Below are positions 1 to 10,900 of a stretch of 64,000 nt of DNA, in pieces. The stretch is from an uncultured Verrucomicrobiae bacterium (lineage in GTDB: Bacteria > Verrucomicrobiota > Verrucomicrobiia > Chthoniobacterales > Chthoniobacteraceae). Made by a program: the position numbers and the translations under genes. Position 1 is the stretch's first letter. The number at the start of each line of letters is the position of its first letter. The notes beneath the pieces are model-generated. The model worked only from the letters and a program-made list of their open reading frames with translations, made no database searches and had not been told where the DNA came from. The stretch lies in contig CAWIKF010000002.1 in the NCBI GenBank assembly GCA_963836755.1, positions 1,760,001 to 1,824,000 on the forward strand, in the 5' to 3' direction.

Positions 1-71
1 AGCTGATGCTGCGCCCATTCCAGAAAATCAGATTCGGGATCTACGATGAGGATGGTTTGGGTTTTATCCAC
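1..71 (-). CDS. 5' end of a probable response-regulator receiver-domain protein (runs off the window)
   Basis: Reverse strand from GTG at 71 reads VDKTQTILIVDPESDFLEWAQHQL, resembling the 'ILIVD' start of a receiver domain; only ~23 codons visible. Confidence 0.45.
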   Translation of the reverse strand, partial: MDKTQTILIVDPESDFLEWAQHQ

Positions 72-158
72 TTTTGGTCTGCAAAAAACGGAGGAGAGTA
101 AACGTGAAGGCCGCGCGCGGAAACTTATTTTTCAAACGCACTTAGCGGTTTTGCAAAG

Positions 159-866
159 CTACAAGCCGCCGTAACGACGCTGGCGATTTGTGTATTCTTT
201 GATCGCCTCGACGAGTTCAGAGCCGCGGAATTCCGGCCAAAGTTTTTTGGTGACGTGGATCTCCGTGTAGCTGAGCTGCCAGAGCAGGAAATTTGAAAGC
301 CGCATCTCGCCCGACGTGCGGATGAGCAGATCCGGGTCCGGATAATAACGGGTGTATAAATGCTTGCTAAACACGGTTGCGTCGATCATTGCCGGATCAA
401 GATGACCGGCGCGGACATCGTGCAGCAAGCTTTTGATCCCATCGACGATCTCGCTGCGCCCGCTGTAGCTGAGCGCTAGGATTAGCGTCACACCGGTGTT
501 GCCAGCCGTCGCTTCGATCGTGCGGTGCAATTCGCGCTGGCACGAATCCGGCAGATCGGTGATGCGGCCGATCGCCTGGAGGCGGACATTTTTTCGCATC
601 AGCTCCGGCACTTCTTTTTTCAAAAAACGTTCCAGCAGCTTCATCAGCGCGGCGACCTCCGCCTTCGGGCGTTTCCAATTCTCCGTGGAAAAAGCGTAAA
701 CGGTCAGGAACTCCACGCCCTGCTCGCCGCACGCCGTCAGCACCGCGCGCAAAGATTCCGCACCCTCCTCGTGCCCGCGGATCCGCGCCAATCCTCGCTC
801 GCGGGCCCACCGACCGTTCCCATCCATGATGATCGCGATATGCCGCGGGGTTTTTCCGACGCTCAT
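159..866 (-). CDS. uppS: Undecaprenyl diphosphate synthase (cis-prenyltransferase)
   Basis: Motifs HIAIIMDGNGRW, YAFSTENWKRP and DPDLLIRTSGEMRLSNFLLWQ. Confidence 0.97.
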   Translation of the reverse strand: MSVGKTPRHIAIIMDGNGRWARERGLARIRGHEEGAESLRAVLTACGEQGVEFLTVYAFSTENWKRPKAEVAALMKLLERFLKKEVPELMRKNVRLQAIGRITDLPDSCQRELHRTIEATAGNTGVTLILALSYSGRSEIVDGIKSLLHDVRAGHLDPAMIDATVFSKHLYTRYYPDPDLLIRTSGEMRLSNFLLWQLSYTEIHVTKKLWPEFRGSELVEAIKEYTNRQRRYGGL

Positions 867-947
867 TTTCCTGCGGCTCGAAGCGAAAATAGATGAATGC
901 CGCGCTTATTTTTTGCCATCTTCCTGTCGAAAAGTTTCATCGGCTTT

Positions 948-2330
<1,383 letters not shown>

Positions 2331-2339
2331 TTATTCTTG

Positions 2340-4868
2340 TTAAAAAAGCGAAAGCTGTGGCCTTCCGGTTGCGGCGCCAGTGGCTTGCTTGCGGCGCTTG
2401 CGTTTCATGCCGGGCGGCGGCGTTTCCGCGAGCGCCGGGCGGCCATCGGCGTTCAATTCCGACTGCTCGAGATTGCCGAGAATTTCCTTTGCGCGCGCAA
2501 TCACCTCCGGCGGCAAACCAGCGAGGCGCGCGACCTGGATGCCGTAACTTTTATCCGCGCCGCCGCGCACGATTTTGCGCAGAAAGATGATCTGGTCATT
2601 CCATTCGCGCACCGCGACGTTGAAATTTTTCACGCCGGTGCGCGTCATTTCCAGCTCGGTCAGCTCATGATAATGCGTCGCGAAAAGCGTGCGCGCCCGC
2701 ACTTTGTCGTGTAAAAATTCTGCGACGCTCCACGCGATCGAAAGCCCGTCAAAGGTCGAGGTGCCGCGTCCGATTTCATCGAGAATGATCAGGCTGCGCT
2801 CCGTCGCGTTGTTGGTGATATTCGCGGTTTCATTCATCTCGACCATGAATGTGGACTGGCCGCGCGACAGGTCGTCGTTGGCGCCGACCCTTGTAAATAT
2901 GCGGTCTGCGAGCCCGATCTCCGCGCGCGCGGCGGGGATGAAACTGCCGACTTGCGCCATTAAAACGAGCAGCGCGACCTGACGGATGAAGGTGCTTTTT
3001 CCTGCCATGTTCGGGCCGGTGATGATGAGCTGGCGATTGGCGGAGCCGTCGAGTTCGACATCGTTTGGGACAAACTTTTCCTCGACCAAACTTTGATCGA
3101 GCACGGGATGACGTCCGTCGCGAATGCTGATGTGAAGCTCATCCGAGAGCAGCGGGCGGCAGTAATTGAAAAGGCGCGCGACCTCCGCGAGCGAGCAAAT
3201 CACGTCGAGCGTCGCGATGGCTGCAGCGGTGGCCTGCAGCTCCGCGAGCGGGCGCAGCACCTCTTCGCGCAACTGCCCGAAGAGTTCGTATTCGAGTCTG
3301 CGCGAGCGCTCGTCGGCGCCAAGGATTTTGCCCTCCATTTCCTTCAGCTCCGGCGTGATGAAGCGCTCGCCGTTGACCGTGGTCTGCTTGCGCACGTAAT
3401 GCGCGGGCACTCCGCCGAGATTCGACTTTGTGATCTCGATGAAATAGCCAAAAACGCTGGTGTAACGGACTTTTAACGACTTGATTCCGGTCGTTTCGCT
3501 TTCGCGCTGCTGCAGTTTTGCGATCCAATCCTTTCCCTCGCGTGTGGCGGCGCGCAGTTCATCGAGCGGCGCGTGCCAGCCGTCGCGAAAGATGCCGCCA
3601 TCCTTGATCGCGATCGGTGGCTCGTCGCAAAGCGCGGAATCGAGCATCGAGATCAGATCGGGAAATTCGCTTAGCTCGCGATCAATTTCCGTTTTCAAAT
3701 GCGACGCCGCCGCGCTGGAAGTTGTCGTAAAATCTCCCGCGGCCAGCGCGCGGAGATGCGCTTTCAGCTCCGGGATTTGTGCTAGCGAATCGCGCAGCGC
3801 CATCAAGTCGCGCGCGTTGCCGCCTGCCTGGCTGAGACGCCCGACCGCGCGCTCGATATCGCGGATGGACTTCAGCGTCTCGCGCAATTTCCCCAAAGTA
3901 AATGGCTCTGCGAGCAGCTCCGCGATCAACTGCTGGCGGCGTTCCAGCGGCTCGCGCTCGCGCAGTGGGTGCAAAATCCAGTCGCGCAATTTCCGCCCAC
4001 CCATCGGCGTGATCGTCCGATCGAGCGCGGCGAGCAGGCTCGTGTTTTTCGCCGGCGAGCGCGACTCGACCAGCTCGAGATTTGCCTGCGTCGCCGCATC
4101 CACGATCATGAACCCGGCGCGGTGATAGCAGGCGAGCCGCGCGACGTGCGCAATCTGCCGGTGTAATACGTTTTTTAAATAATGAATGATCGCGCCCGCG
4201 GCGCCGATCGCCGCATGCATCTCGCCGCAGCCGAAGCCATCGAGCGACTGCACCTTGAAATGATCGCGCAGCGTGAAAAACGCCTGGTCGAGCGCGAACG
4301 TGTAGCCATCGCATTCCGTCGTGTTTGGAAAATCGAACGACGCTTTTTGCTCGTCGCTCACCAGCAGCTCGGCGGGACAAACGGCCGCGAGCTCGTCGCG
4401 CAACGAGGCTTCGCCCACGACCTCTGTCAGCCGAAATTCGCCGGTGCTCAGATCAACGAATGCAAAGCCGAAGACGCCGTTCTTTTCAAAGATCGCGCCG
4501 AGAAAATTGTTGCGCCGCGCGTCGAGCAGATTCGTGTCGCCGGTCGTGCCGGGGCTGATGACCTGCGTGACCTGGCGCTGCACGATTTTTCCCGGCTCCG
4601 CCTCGCCTACTTGGTCGCAGATCGCCACACGACGGCCGGCTTTGATAAGCTTCGCGATGTAATTTCCCGCCGCGTGATACGGCACACCGCACATCGGTGT
4701 GCCGTTACGCTTCGTTAACGCAACGTTCAGCAAACTCGACGCTTGTTTCGCGTCTTCGAAAAACATTTCGTAAAAATCTCCGAGCCGAAAAAGGAGCAGC
4801 GTCTCCGCCGGCAGCGTCCGACGGATGCCTTGATACTGCCGCATCATCGGGGTGAGGGAATCGGCCAT
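2340..4868 (-). CDS. mutS: DNA mismatch repair protein MutS
   Basis: Motifs TPMMRQY, FRLGDFYEMF, Walker A GPNMAGKST, STFMVEM and DEIGRGTST. Confidence 0.98.
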   Translation of the reverse strand: MADSLTPMMRQYQGIRRTLPAETLLLFRLGDFYEMFFEDAKQASSLLNVALTKRNGTPMCGVPYHAAGNYIAKLIKAGRRVAICDQVGEAEPGKIVQRQVTQVISPGTTGDTNLLDARRNNFLGAIFEKNGVFGFAFVDLSTGEFRLTEVVGEASLRDELAAVCPAELLVSDEQKASFDFPNTTECDGYTFALDQAFFTLRDHFKVQSLDGFGCGEMHAAIGAAGAIIHYLKNVLHRQIAHVARLACYHRAGFMIVDAATQANLELVESRSPAKNTSLLAALDRTITPMGGRKLRDWILHPLREREPLERRQQLIAELLAEPFTLGKLRETLKSIRDIERAVGRLSQAGGNARDLMALRDSLAQIPELKAHLRALAAGDFTTTSSAAASHLKTEIDRELSEFPDLISMLDSALCDEPPIAIKDGGIFRDGWHAPLDELRAATREGKDWIAKLQQRESETTGIKSLKVRYTSVFGYFIEITKSNLGGVPAHYVRKQTTVNGERFITPELKEMEGKILGADERSRRLEYELFGQLREEVLRPLAELQATAAAIATLDVICSLAEVARLFNYCRPLLSDELHISIRDGRHPVLDQSLVEEKFVPNDVELDGSANRQLIITGPNMAGKSTFIRQVALLVLMAQVGSFIPAARAEIGLADRIFTRVGANDDLSRGQSTFMVEMNETANITNNATERSLIILDEIGRGTSTFDGLSIAWSVAEFLHDKVRARTLFATHYHELTELEMTRTGVKNFNVAVREWNDQIIFLRKIVRGGADKSYGIQVARLAGLPPEVIARAKEILGNLEQSELNADGRPALAETPPPGMKRKRRKQATGAATGRPQLSLF

Positions 4869-4923
4869 CGCGGGCGACTTTAGGCCGCGCCCCGCGCGCG
4901 GGCAAGAGCGGCGCGGAGGGCAT

Positions 4924-6156
4924 TCATTCCACGATCCGCGCCGTGTCGCGCTCGAGATCGCGCGCGCCCCAGAGCCAGAGCAGACCCGCGAGCAGCATCA
5001 CCAGCGACACGGCGAAAAAGCTCCAGTTCCACGTGCCGTGATCCTTGATCCAGCCGATGAGCCACGGCGAAAGCGCGTCGCCGAAAAGATGAATCACCAA
5101 TATGTTCAGCGCGAAAGCCGTCGCGCGCATCGCCGGTGGCGTCACATTTGCCAGCGCGGTATTCGACGGTCCGATGTTCAGGAAAAGAAAAAACATCGCG
5201 AAGAAAATCGCGACCCACGCGAGCGGGAAGGGGATGAAAAGCATCGCGATCGTGCACGGAAACCCGAGCAGCATCCCGCAGCCCGACACGAGAAAATACG
5301 AGCCCGGAAACCGCCCTCGCAGCCGGTCTCCCAGCCAGCCGCCGAGCAGAGTCGAGATCAACCCCGCGACCACCAGGATACCGCCGAAGACGATGTCCGC
5401 CCTCGCCAGCGGCACCCCGCGTTCCTCATGGATGTAAGTCGGAGCCCAGACCGACAGGCCGCCAATCGCGAAAGTCATCGCCGTCTGCGCGAGGATGTTC
5501 ATCACCAGCGACGGAATTTTAAACAACTGCTGATAATCTGCGAGCCGCGGCTTCGTCCGCACCGCCCCCGCATGACGGCGCGGCTCCGGCATCAGCCCGC
5601 AAAGTCCCGCCAGCACGAGTCCAGGCGGCACCACCGCGAAAAAGGCCCAGCGCCAGCCGAAGTGCGCATTCATCAAGCCGCCAAACGCATAGCCGAGCGC
5701 GCTCCCGACCGGGATCGCCATGAAAAACCAAGCCAGCACGCGCCCCCGTTCTTCCACAGGGAAAAAATCGCTGATAATCGTCGGCGCCGCCGGCCCGTAA
5801 CCCGCCTCGCCGATGCCGAGGAAAACCCGCGTCCCGAGCAGCATCGCAAACGACGCCGCCAGCCCCGACGCCCCGCACCCGAGACTCCAAAGCGCCACGC
5901 TGAGCCCGATGATCAGCCAGCGCGAATACCGATCCGCCAGCCAGCCGAAAAGCGGCGCCGTCAGCATGTAACTCACCAAAAACGCCGTCGTCAGCAGCCC
6001 CGCCTTGCTATTCGCATTCGGATCGCCCGCGAGGAACTCCGCCTTCAACGCCGGCACCACGGACGCGAGAATGTAGCGATCGAGATAACAAAAAAGATTG
6101 ATGACGAGCAGCAGCGCCACCGCGCGCCGCGCATCGCGTCGGTGAGCCATCGGCAT
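4924..6156 (-). CDS. MFS transporter (spinster-like)
   Basis: About 12 hydrophobic segments; motif A-like GWLADRYSR; YLDR and GIGEAGYGPAAPTIISD. Confidence 0.9.
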   Translation of the reverse strand: MPMAHRRDARRAVALLLVINLFCYLDRYILASVVPALKAEFLAGDPNANSKAGLLTTAFLVSYMLTAPLFGWLADRYSRWLIIGLSVALWSLGCGASGLAASFAMLLGTRVFLGIGEAGYGPAAPTIISDFFPVEERGRVLAWFFMAIPVGSALGYAFGGLMNAHFGWRWAFFAVVPPGLVLAGLCGLMPEPRRHAGAVRTKPRLADYQQLFKIPSLVMNILAQTAMTFAIGGLSVWAPTYIHEERGVPLARADIVFGGILVVAGLISTLLGGWLGDRLRGRFPGSYFLVSGCGMLLGFPCTIAMLFIPFPLAWVAIFFAMFFLFLNIGPSNTALANVTPPAMRATAFALNILVIHLFGDALSPWLIGWIKDHGTWNWSFFAVSLVMLLAGLLWLWGARDLERDTARIVE

Positions 6157-6520
6157 GTCTGTTTAAAGCCGCGCCCTGAGCCGCGGACAAACCAATTCGC
6201 GCACTCCTAGTAAATGAGAAGCCGGCACGCACAAAACTTTCGCACCCCGCTCAACGGCACTACCGCGGATCAGTATAAGCGCCTGCGTTGGTTCTCATTA
6301 AAGCAACGCACTCCGTCCTCGCTCGTAGCCGCCATGGTTCTCCACAAACTCGTGAAAATCGTTTTCCGCGCGGCGCTTGGATTCCGAGAGAGATGAAATG
6401 CCACGGTCTGACTCGCCGAGCGGCGCGTAGAAGAAGAACCGAAAGGAAAGTCGATGCTTCGAGAATAGGTAAAGTCCGCCAAACTCGCGGTCGGAATAGA
6501 CGCGCTACGAAATCCAAACG

Positions 6521-6582
6521 AAACGATGAGAACAAGATCAACTAAAGGACCAAGCCTTCTTAGCTCCAGCGCATGGCTAAGC
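6521..6582 (-). repeat. attC-like site (degenerate, distal end of array)
   Basis: Minus strand GCTTAGCCATGCGCTGGAGCTAAGAAGGCTTGGTCCTTTAGTTGATCTTGTTCTC, close to the 10032-10091 copy; GTT box lost; contains the arsC stop codon. Confidence 0.7.
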
Positions 6583-7017
6583 CCTTTGCCCGCTGGGACA
6601 CTGCGTGTCGCACCAATGCTGAACCTGCTGCTGAATCGTGTCGCGAATCTCGCGGACACGCTGCAGGCGCGCCTCGCGCGTGCCTGTGAGAGCCGATGGG
6701 TCGGGGAAGCCCCAGTGAAGCCGCTGCCCGCCGCCGGGAAAAATCGGACACCGCTCCGCACTCGCGCCATCACAAACCGTGATTACGTGCGAAAAGGCGC
6801 GCCCGCTTTGCAGCATCTCGTCCACGCTCTTCGTGCGATGGCCCGAGATGTCGATGCCCACCTCCTGCATCGCCTCGACCACCAGCGGATTGAGCGTGCC
6901 CGGCTCCAATCCCGCGCTGTGCGCCTCAAAAAACTCCGGGCAAAGCCGATTGAGAAACGCCTCGGCCATCTGGCTGCGCGCGCTGTTGTGGATGCAAACG
7001 AACAAGACTTTCTTCAT
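6577..7017 (-). CDS. arsC: Arsenate reductase, LMW-PTP family
   Basis: [17 protein letters not shown]-loop, ITVCD, CPIFPG and HWGFPDP; start at ATG 7017 (MKKVLF). Confidence 0.9.
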   Translation of the reverse strand: MKKVLFVCIHNSARSQMAEAFLNRLCPEFFEAHSAGLEPGTLNPLVVEAMQEVGIDISGHRTKSVDEMLQSGRAFSHVITVCDGASAERCPIFPGGGQRLHWGFPDPSALTGTREARLQRVREIRDTIQQQVQHWCDTQCPSGQRA

Positions 7018-7052
7018 GGTGTTGTCGCGGGTAAACGCGCCAGAGATGTGTA

Positions 7053-7451
7053 TCAAAGTTGGCCGCGCTTGTCACGGGACACGGCATCGAAAAGCAGCTT
7101 ACCCTCTCCTTCGATCACCGCGCGATGCGCTGGATAAAGCGCGATGTCCTTGATCTTCGTCCTGCTGAGCGTTCTCACCTTGATGTGACTCCCATCCGTC
7201 AGCGCGAAGATACGGAGTGGAGATGCGCTGCCTATGTCAAAATCGGGCTCGCCCAGGATTCGTAGCACACCTTCATACGCGTCGGCAGAGGTGAAAGCCT
7301 GTAGCAGCGGGACGACAACACAAGCGTCGCGACTCGGGGGCTTCGACGGCGGCTGAGCTGCAGACGCACCTACAGCAAAGGCGAAAAGAAGAACCAGATA
7401 AGTGCGCTTCCAACCATGAGCGCCAAGAGGCTTTCGGACATCGCCAGTCAT
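7053..7451 (-). CDS. Hypothetical, probably secreted cassette protein
   Basis: Hydrophobic signal-like segment [14 protein letters not shown]; true start uncertain. Confidence 0.55.
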   Translation of the reverse strand: MTGDVRKPLGAHGWKRTYLVLLFAFAVGASAAQPPSKPPSRDACVVVPLLQAFTSADAYEGVLRILGEPDFDIGSASPLRIFALTDGSHIKVRTLSRTKIKDIALYPAHRAVIEGEGKLLFDAVSRDKRGQL

Positions 7452-7867
7452 AGCAGTTTCTTAAAATAGGTCGCTGACTCGACATACCCAATGCTCTGGT
7501 AAAAAGGTGCGGCGCGGCGTGTCGCCAAAGCGATCATCTTCGACTGACGGCTTCTCGCCCACTGCTCGAAACTCTCCATCAACTGCCGGCCAACCCCGCG
7601 TCGGCGGACGTCCTCGCAAACCATGATCTCAGCAACCCACGCAACCCGGCCGTTCGCATAAAACGTGTGCTGGTCAAACCCCAAAAGATAACCAACGACT
7701 CGGCTGGTATCCGAAGCAACCGCGATGCGAGCCTCTGGTGACTGAAGCAACGCATCAAAAAATGACTCGAACGCAGGCCGCGCGACCGAGAACGACGTGG
7801 CGAACAAGCTCGCCAAAGAGAATAACGCGTCGCTATCGGTCGACCGTGCTGGACGAATGCTGAACAT
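7448..7867 (-). CDS. GNAT family N-acetyltransferase
   Basis: N-terminal IRPA, acetyl-CoA motif VRRRGVGRQLM, C-terminal FYQSIGY. Confidence 0.9.
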   Translation of the reverse strand: MFSIRPARSTDSDALFSLASLFATSFSVARPAFESFFDALLQSPEARIAVASDTSRVVGYLLGFDQHTFYANGRVAWVAEIMVCEDVRRRGVGRQLMESFEQWARSRQSKMIALATRRAAPFYQSIGYVESATYFKKLL

Positions 7868-7901
7868 CGTCAGTGGCTGCAGCCGTCCGTGTGCATTCGT
7901 T

Positions 7902-8729
7902 TCATTTCTCTTGAGGCTTTTTGATCCCGGCCTTGTCGAAGTCCTGTTCGAGAAATTCGAGCACTTCCGAGCTGAAACCAGATTGCTTCACCGCAGCCGA
8001 CGGCAAAATCGCAATCAAGCCATTGGCAGTTTCTTCGTTATACTCATCCCTCTTCGTTTCCCATTGATCTGCGAGCGTCGGGTCGCTCGGTTTGTTGCCG
8101 TCGTTCAGACCGAGTTGATTCATCGCCGTCGCGCGTTGAGTCATGAGCGACTCCACTTGTGTCGCCTGCGCATCCGTCAGACCGCCCGCCTCCTGAAGCA
8201 TACTGCGAAAGAAGCGTCCATATTCAGCCGGGCTATCTTGGAATCCCGTGATCTCAGGGAGCATTCCCTCCACGGTCGCATGGTTTCTCTGGAGTTCCAT
8301 CAGACGGTGCCTTTCATCCGCCGTGAGCGTCCCTGCTTCACGGCTGGAGAGCTCCTGAAGCTCGCCGAGCTCTCGAAGGATCGCACCTGTCCGCTTGCCG
8401 ATGTCCTCCACCTTCCCAAATGAAACAATGACTTCACCCGCATGTTGACCGAGTTGCGCGCGGAGGGCTGCATTGTCTTCCTCCACCTTTTGCCGCATGC
8501 GTTGTTCCGCCGCGATGCGTCGTTTGAGAACTTCATCGGCGGAAGAATCTGACTGCGTGGGTTGGGGAGCAGGAGCTGGTTCCGACTTTGACGCCACCTG
8601 TGGCACTGGTCCGGCCGGTTCCGAAGCCGCGCGTGGGCTTCGCTCTTTAATAGACCACCAGAATGCAGAGATGCCGATGATGCAAACCAGAATCCCGGTG
8701 ATGGCTAGCGTAATCGTTCTTCCGTTCAT
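7902..8729 (-). CDS. Hypothetical membrane-anchored protein with a coiled-coil segment
   Basis: ATG 8729 (MNGRT), N-terminal TM helix, Pro-rich linker, helical domain. Confidence 0.7.
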   Translation of the reverse strand: MNGRTITLAITGILVCIIGISAFWWSIKERSPRAASEPAGPVPQVASKSEPAPAPQPTQSDSSADEVLKRRIAAEQRMRQKVEEDNAALRAQLGQHAGEVIVSFGKVEDIGKRTGAILRELGELQELSSREAGTLTADERHRLMELQRNHATVEGMLPEITGFQDSPAEYGRFFRSMLQEAGGLTDAQATQVESLMTQRATAMNQLGLNDGNKPSDPTLADQWETKRDEYNEETANGLIAILPSAAVKQSGFSSEVLEFLEQDFDKAGIKKPQEK

Positions 8730-8778
8730 AAAACTTGTGGAGAAATCATTCTGATTTGTGGCACAGGCGTGTAGCAAC

Positions 8779-8838
8779 GCTTAACGAAAACAAGCCAAGC
8801 TACAGGCGGAGCCTTTCAACTGCGCCGCATCATTAAGC
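8779..8838 (-). repeat. attC-like site
   Basis: Minus strand GCTTAAT...GTAGCTTGGCTTGTTTTC-GTTAAGC, 60 bp; stop codon of the upstream gene lies in the left box. Confidence 0.75.
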
Positions 8839-9300
8839 GCCATTGGTGCGAATCAAAATCGTCTGAGCTTCGGTATAGGCAAGTATTCGCTGAAAGAAGC
8901 GTCCATCGCGGAAGTGAAAGTGGACTGTATAACCCTTCTCTCCATCGCAGCCGGTCATGGAAAAAACAATGTCCTTGCCGTTGATTGACACTCTCGCGGG
9001 GCGATCGACGTAGAGCCATAGAAGATCCTCGACGAAAGCTTCTGGGACTCGATAGGTAACGCCTCCGCACGAGAAGCTCAGGTTGCGGGTGTGAAGATTA
9101 GTGGGGCCGCTGTAACCATACCAATGGAGGACCAGTCTCTCGGTCTGCAAAGTCGCTTGCTCAGCGCGCACCGTCACCGGCTGCGGGAAATAGTAATCCT
9201 GTCGTTTGGTGGTGTGTGATACCGAGTGCCAGGGAGAGGCAGCATCCAAAGGCTGCGCGAACAAGACTAGTGCGACCAGTGTGCCGATCAAGATGCGCAT
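8833..9300 (-). CDS. Hypothetical secreted cassette protein
   Basis: Signal peptide MRILIGTLVALVLFAQPLDA; lies between two attC-like sites. Confidence 0.7.
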   Translation of the reverse strand: MRILIGTLVALVLFAQPLDAASPWHSVSHTTKRQDYYFPQPVTVRAEQATLQTERLVLHWYGYSGPTNLHTRNLSFSCGGVTYRVPEAFVEDLLWLYVDRPARVSINGKDIVFSMTGCDGEKGYTVHFHFRDGRFFQRILAYTEAQTILIRTNGA

Positions 9301-9314
9301 AGCAATGGAATGAC

Positions 9315-9373
9315 GCCTCACAAGAACAGGATCAGCTACAGGCGAGTCTCTTAGTTGCATGGGATCGCTAAGC
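9315..9373 (-). repeat. attC-like site (degenerate)
   Basis: Minus strand GCTTAGC...GTAGCTGATCCTGTTCTT-GTGAGGC. Confidence 0.7.
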
Positions 9374-9374
9374 C

Positions 9375-9482
9375 TCATGGCTCGATGTTGGTGACCTCGA
9401 CTTCCATTCCACCGAGCGGCTTGGCCAAAAGATTGTAGACCGCAGCAAAGATCACGAAGAAGATGAAACCGAAGATCCCCAT
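9375..9482 (-). CDS. Tiny hydrophobic peptide cassette (35 aa) or truncated gene
   Basis: MGIFGFIFFVIFAAVYNLLAKPLGGMEVEVTNIEP* fills the ~135 bp between two attC-like sites. Confidence 0.4.
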   Translation of the reverse strand: MGIFGFIFFVIFAAVYNLLAKPLGGMEVEVTNIEP

Positions 9483-9508
9483 GACTACATCGAGAATGCG
9501 CCAAAGTC

Positions 9509-9567
9509 TCCTAACAAAAACAAGCCGAGCTACAGCCGGAGTCTCTTAGCTGCATCGCTTGCTAGGC
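9509..9567 (-). repeat. attC-like site
   Basis: Minus strand GCCTAGC...GTAGCTCGGCTTGTTTTT-GTTAGGA. Confidence 0.75.
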
Positions 9568-10020
9568 CGCATCGCGGATGTTCGCTGCAGCGCCCTCGTC
9601 CGGCACCGTGTTCAACTGGACGATAGCAATCGCAGCCAGCAACAAATTGGCGGCAGGACAAATCGCAATCCACGACAGATGATGCTCCCATATCCAGTGA
9701 CTGCCTTCGATCAGAAAGGAAATCATCCCGAGCACACACAAGGTCATGGTTGCAACGCTCACCGCGGTGGCAATCCGCTTACCCGCGATCAAGCAGCCCG
9801 CGACACCCGCCGCGAACGCCGCAAGATAAGCCAGCACCGTCAGAAAGGAGAAGTCACTTTCAAACTGATAGCCCCAACCGTTCTGAAACGAACACTCGAA
9901 GTAATCCCAACTCCACGCCCACTTCCCCCAAATCCAGCTCACGACACCAAATCTCGTCGAGGCTAGCAAGAGGAGACCTAGGTAAAGCCAAAGCATCAAG
10001 ACAGCGTGCTTTGTTCTCAT
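9562..10020 (-). CDS. Hypothetical multi-pass membrane protein
   Basis: ATG 10020 (MRTKH), about 4 TM segments; stop codon inside the attC-like site. Confidence 0.7.
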   Translation of the reverse strand: MRTKHAVLMLWLYLGLLLLASTRFGVVSWIWGKWAWSWDYFECSFQNGWGYQFESDFSFLTVLAYLAAFAAGVAGCLIAGKRIATAVSVATMTLCVLGMISFLIEGSHWIWEHHLSWIAICPAANLLLAAIAIVQLNTVPDEGAAANIRDAA

Positions 10021-10031
10021 AAAAGCTAAAC

Positions 10032-10091
10032 GCCTAGCGAGAACAAGATCAGCTACGAGCCAAGCCTGTTGGCTCCAGCGCATGGTTAGGC
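10032..10091 (-). repeat. attC-like site
   Basis: Minus strand GCCTAACCATGCGCTGGAGCCAACAGGCTTGGCTCGTAGCTGATCTTGTTCTCGCTAGGC (60 bp; GTT changed to GCT). Confidence 0.8.
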
Positions 10092-10107
10092 GTTGCGATC
10101 GAGTTCG

Positions 10108-10446
10108 TCATGCGCGTCCGTGGGTAAAGCGATCTCTTTGCTGTCGGTCAAATCGATGGTTCGAGTTCTTGACGAGGAGAACGATCACCGTGATGGCACT
10201 AAAAAACAGACCGAGAAAGAACCATAGCCAAGCACTGCGATGAGTGTTCTGCGCCCACAACGCGCAAAAAGTTCCGAATAGCATCAGAACCAAGCCGGTA
10301 TCTCCGGCGTCCTTCACTTCATGGTCGAGTTGGAATACACGCTGCTCTAGCTGTGACATGCGGGCATCTTCGTTTTGTTGCGCCGATGCGTTTATCGTAA
10401 CGCAGGAGAACAGGAAAATAACAGCGAGAAAGAATCGGATGTTCAT
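10108..10446 (-). CDS. Hypothetical membrane protein
   Basis: Signal peptide (MNIRFFLAV...), short coiled coil, then two TM helices (ALWAQNTHRSAWLWFFLG). Confidence 0.75.
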   Translation of the reverse strand: MNIRFFLAVIFLFSCVTINASAQQNEDARMSQLEQRVFQLDHEVKDAGDTGLVLMLFGTFCALWAQNTHRSAWLWFFLGLFFSAITVIVLLVKNSNHRFDRQQRDRFTHGRA

Positions 10447-10464
10447 AAAAGATGTGAGAGTGAC

Positions 10465-10524
10465 GACTAACAAGAACAAGATCAGCTACCGGCGGAGCCC
10501 ATTCGCTGCATCGCAAGGTTAGGC
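10465..10524 (-). repeat. attC site (most canonical copy)
   Basis: Minus strand GCCTAAC-CTTGCGATGCAGCGAATGGGCTCCGCCGGTAGCTGATCTTGTTCTT-GTTAGTC matches RYYYAAC...GTT; upstream TAA stop lies within GCCTAAC. Confidence 0.85.
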
Positions 10525-10800
10525 GTTGCGGTTCTTTGGTGTAAGTAAGCGAATGACATAGGAAATAAACTCAACGGCCCCGAGATAGAATCCGCCGATG
10601 ACTAGCCAGGTGATGACGTGAAAAACGTAACCGTGCTGGTGAAGATGTCGCTGGTGCTCAATGTAATCCGCTGCCGACATCGAGTTGAGTCGGCTCAAGA
10701 CCGATGCGTCATAGCCGTGCGCAAGCCACGCGATGCCGAGAGTCAAAACAATGAGTGCTGCAACTTTGGGCAATGGACTTGGTCTTGTTGCGTTTTCCAT
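10519..10800 (-). CDS. Hypothetical two-TM membrane protein
   Basis: MENATRP...; two hydrophobic segments; flanked by attC-like sites. Confidence 0.7.
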   Translation of the reverse strand: MENATRPSPLPKVAALIVLTLGIAWLAHGYDASVLSRLNSMSAADYIEHQRHLHQHGYVFHVITWLVIGGFYLGAVEFISYVIRLLTPKNRNA

Positions 10801-10825
10801 CAATTGTCTTGGGTGCGCGAGTAAC

Positions 10826-10876
10826 GGCTAACTAGAACAAGCTCAGCTACAGGAGGAGCCTTAGCTGCATTTTAAC
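10826..10876 (-). repeat. attC-like site (left arm truncated)
   Basis: Minus strand ...ATGCAGCTAAGGCTCCTCCTGTAGCTGAGCTTGTTCTA-GTTAGCC. Confidence 0.65.
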
Positions 10877-10900
10877 TCTCCCCGCCGCCGCTCGCGCGGT

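Noticed and set aside
4852..6210. 452-aa plus-strand ORF and similar long antisense ORFs (e.g. 29624-30781, 13677-14393)
   Set aside because: Arg/Pro-rich shadow frames opposite well-supported genes, expected in high-GC DNA
6214..6545. Short ORFs between the MFS gene and the first attC-like site
   Set aside because: No recognisable motif or preferred frame; possibly a cassette remnant but not supportable
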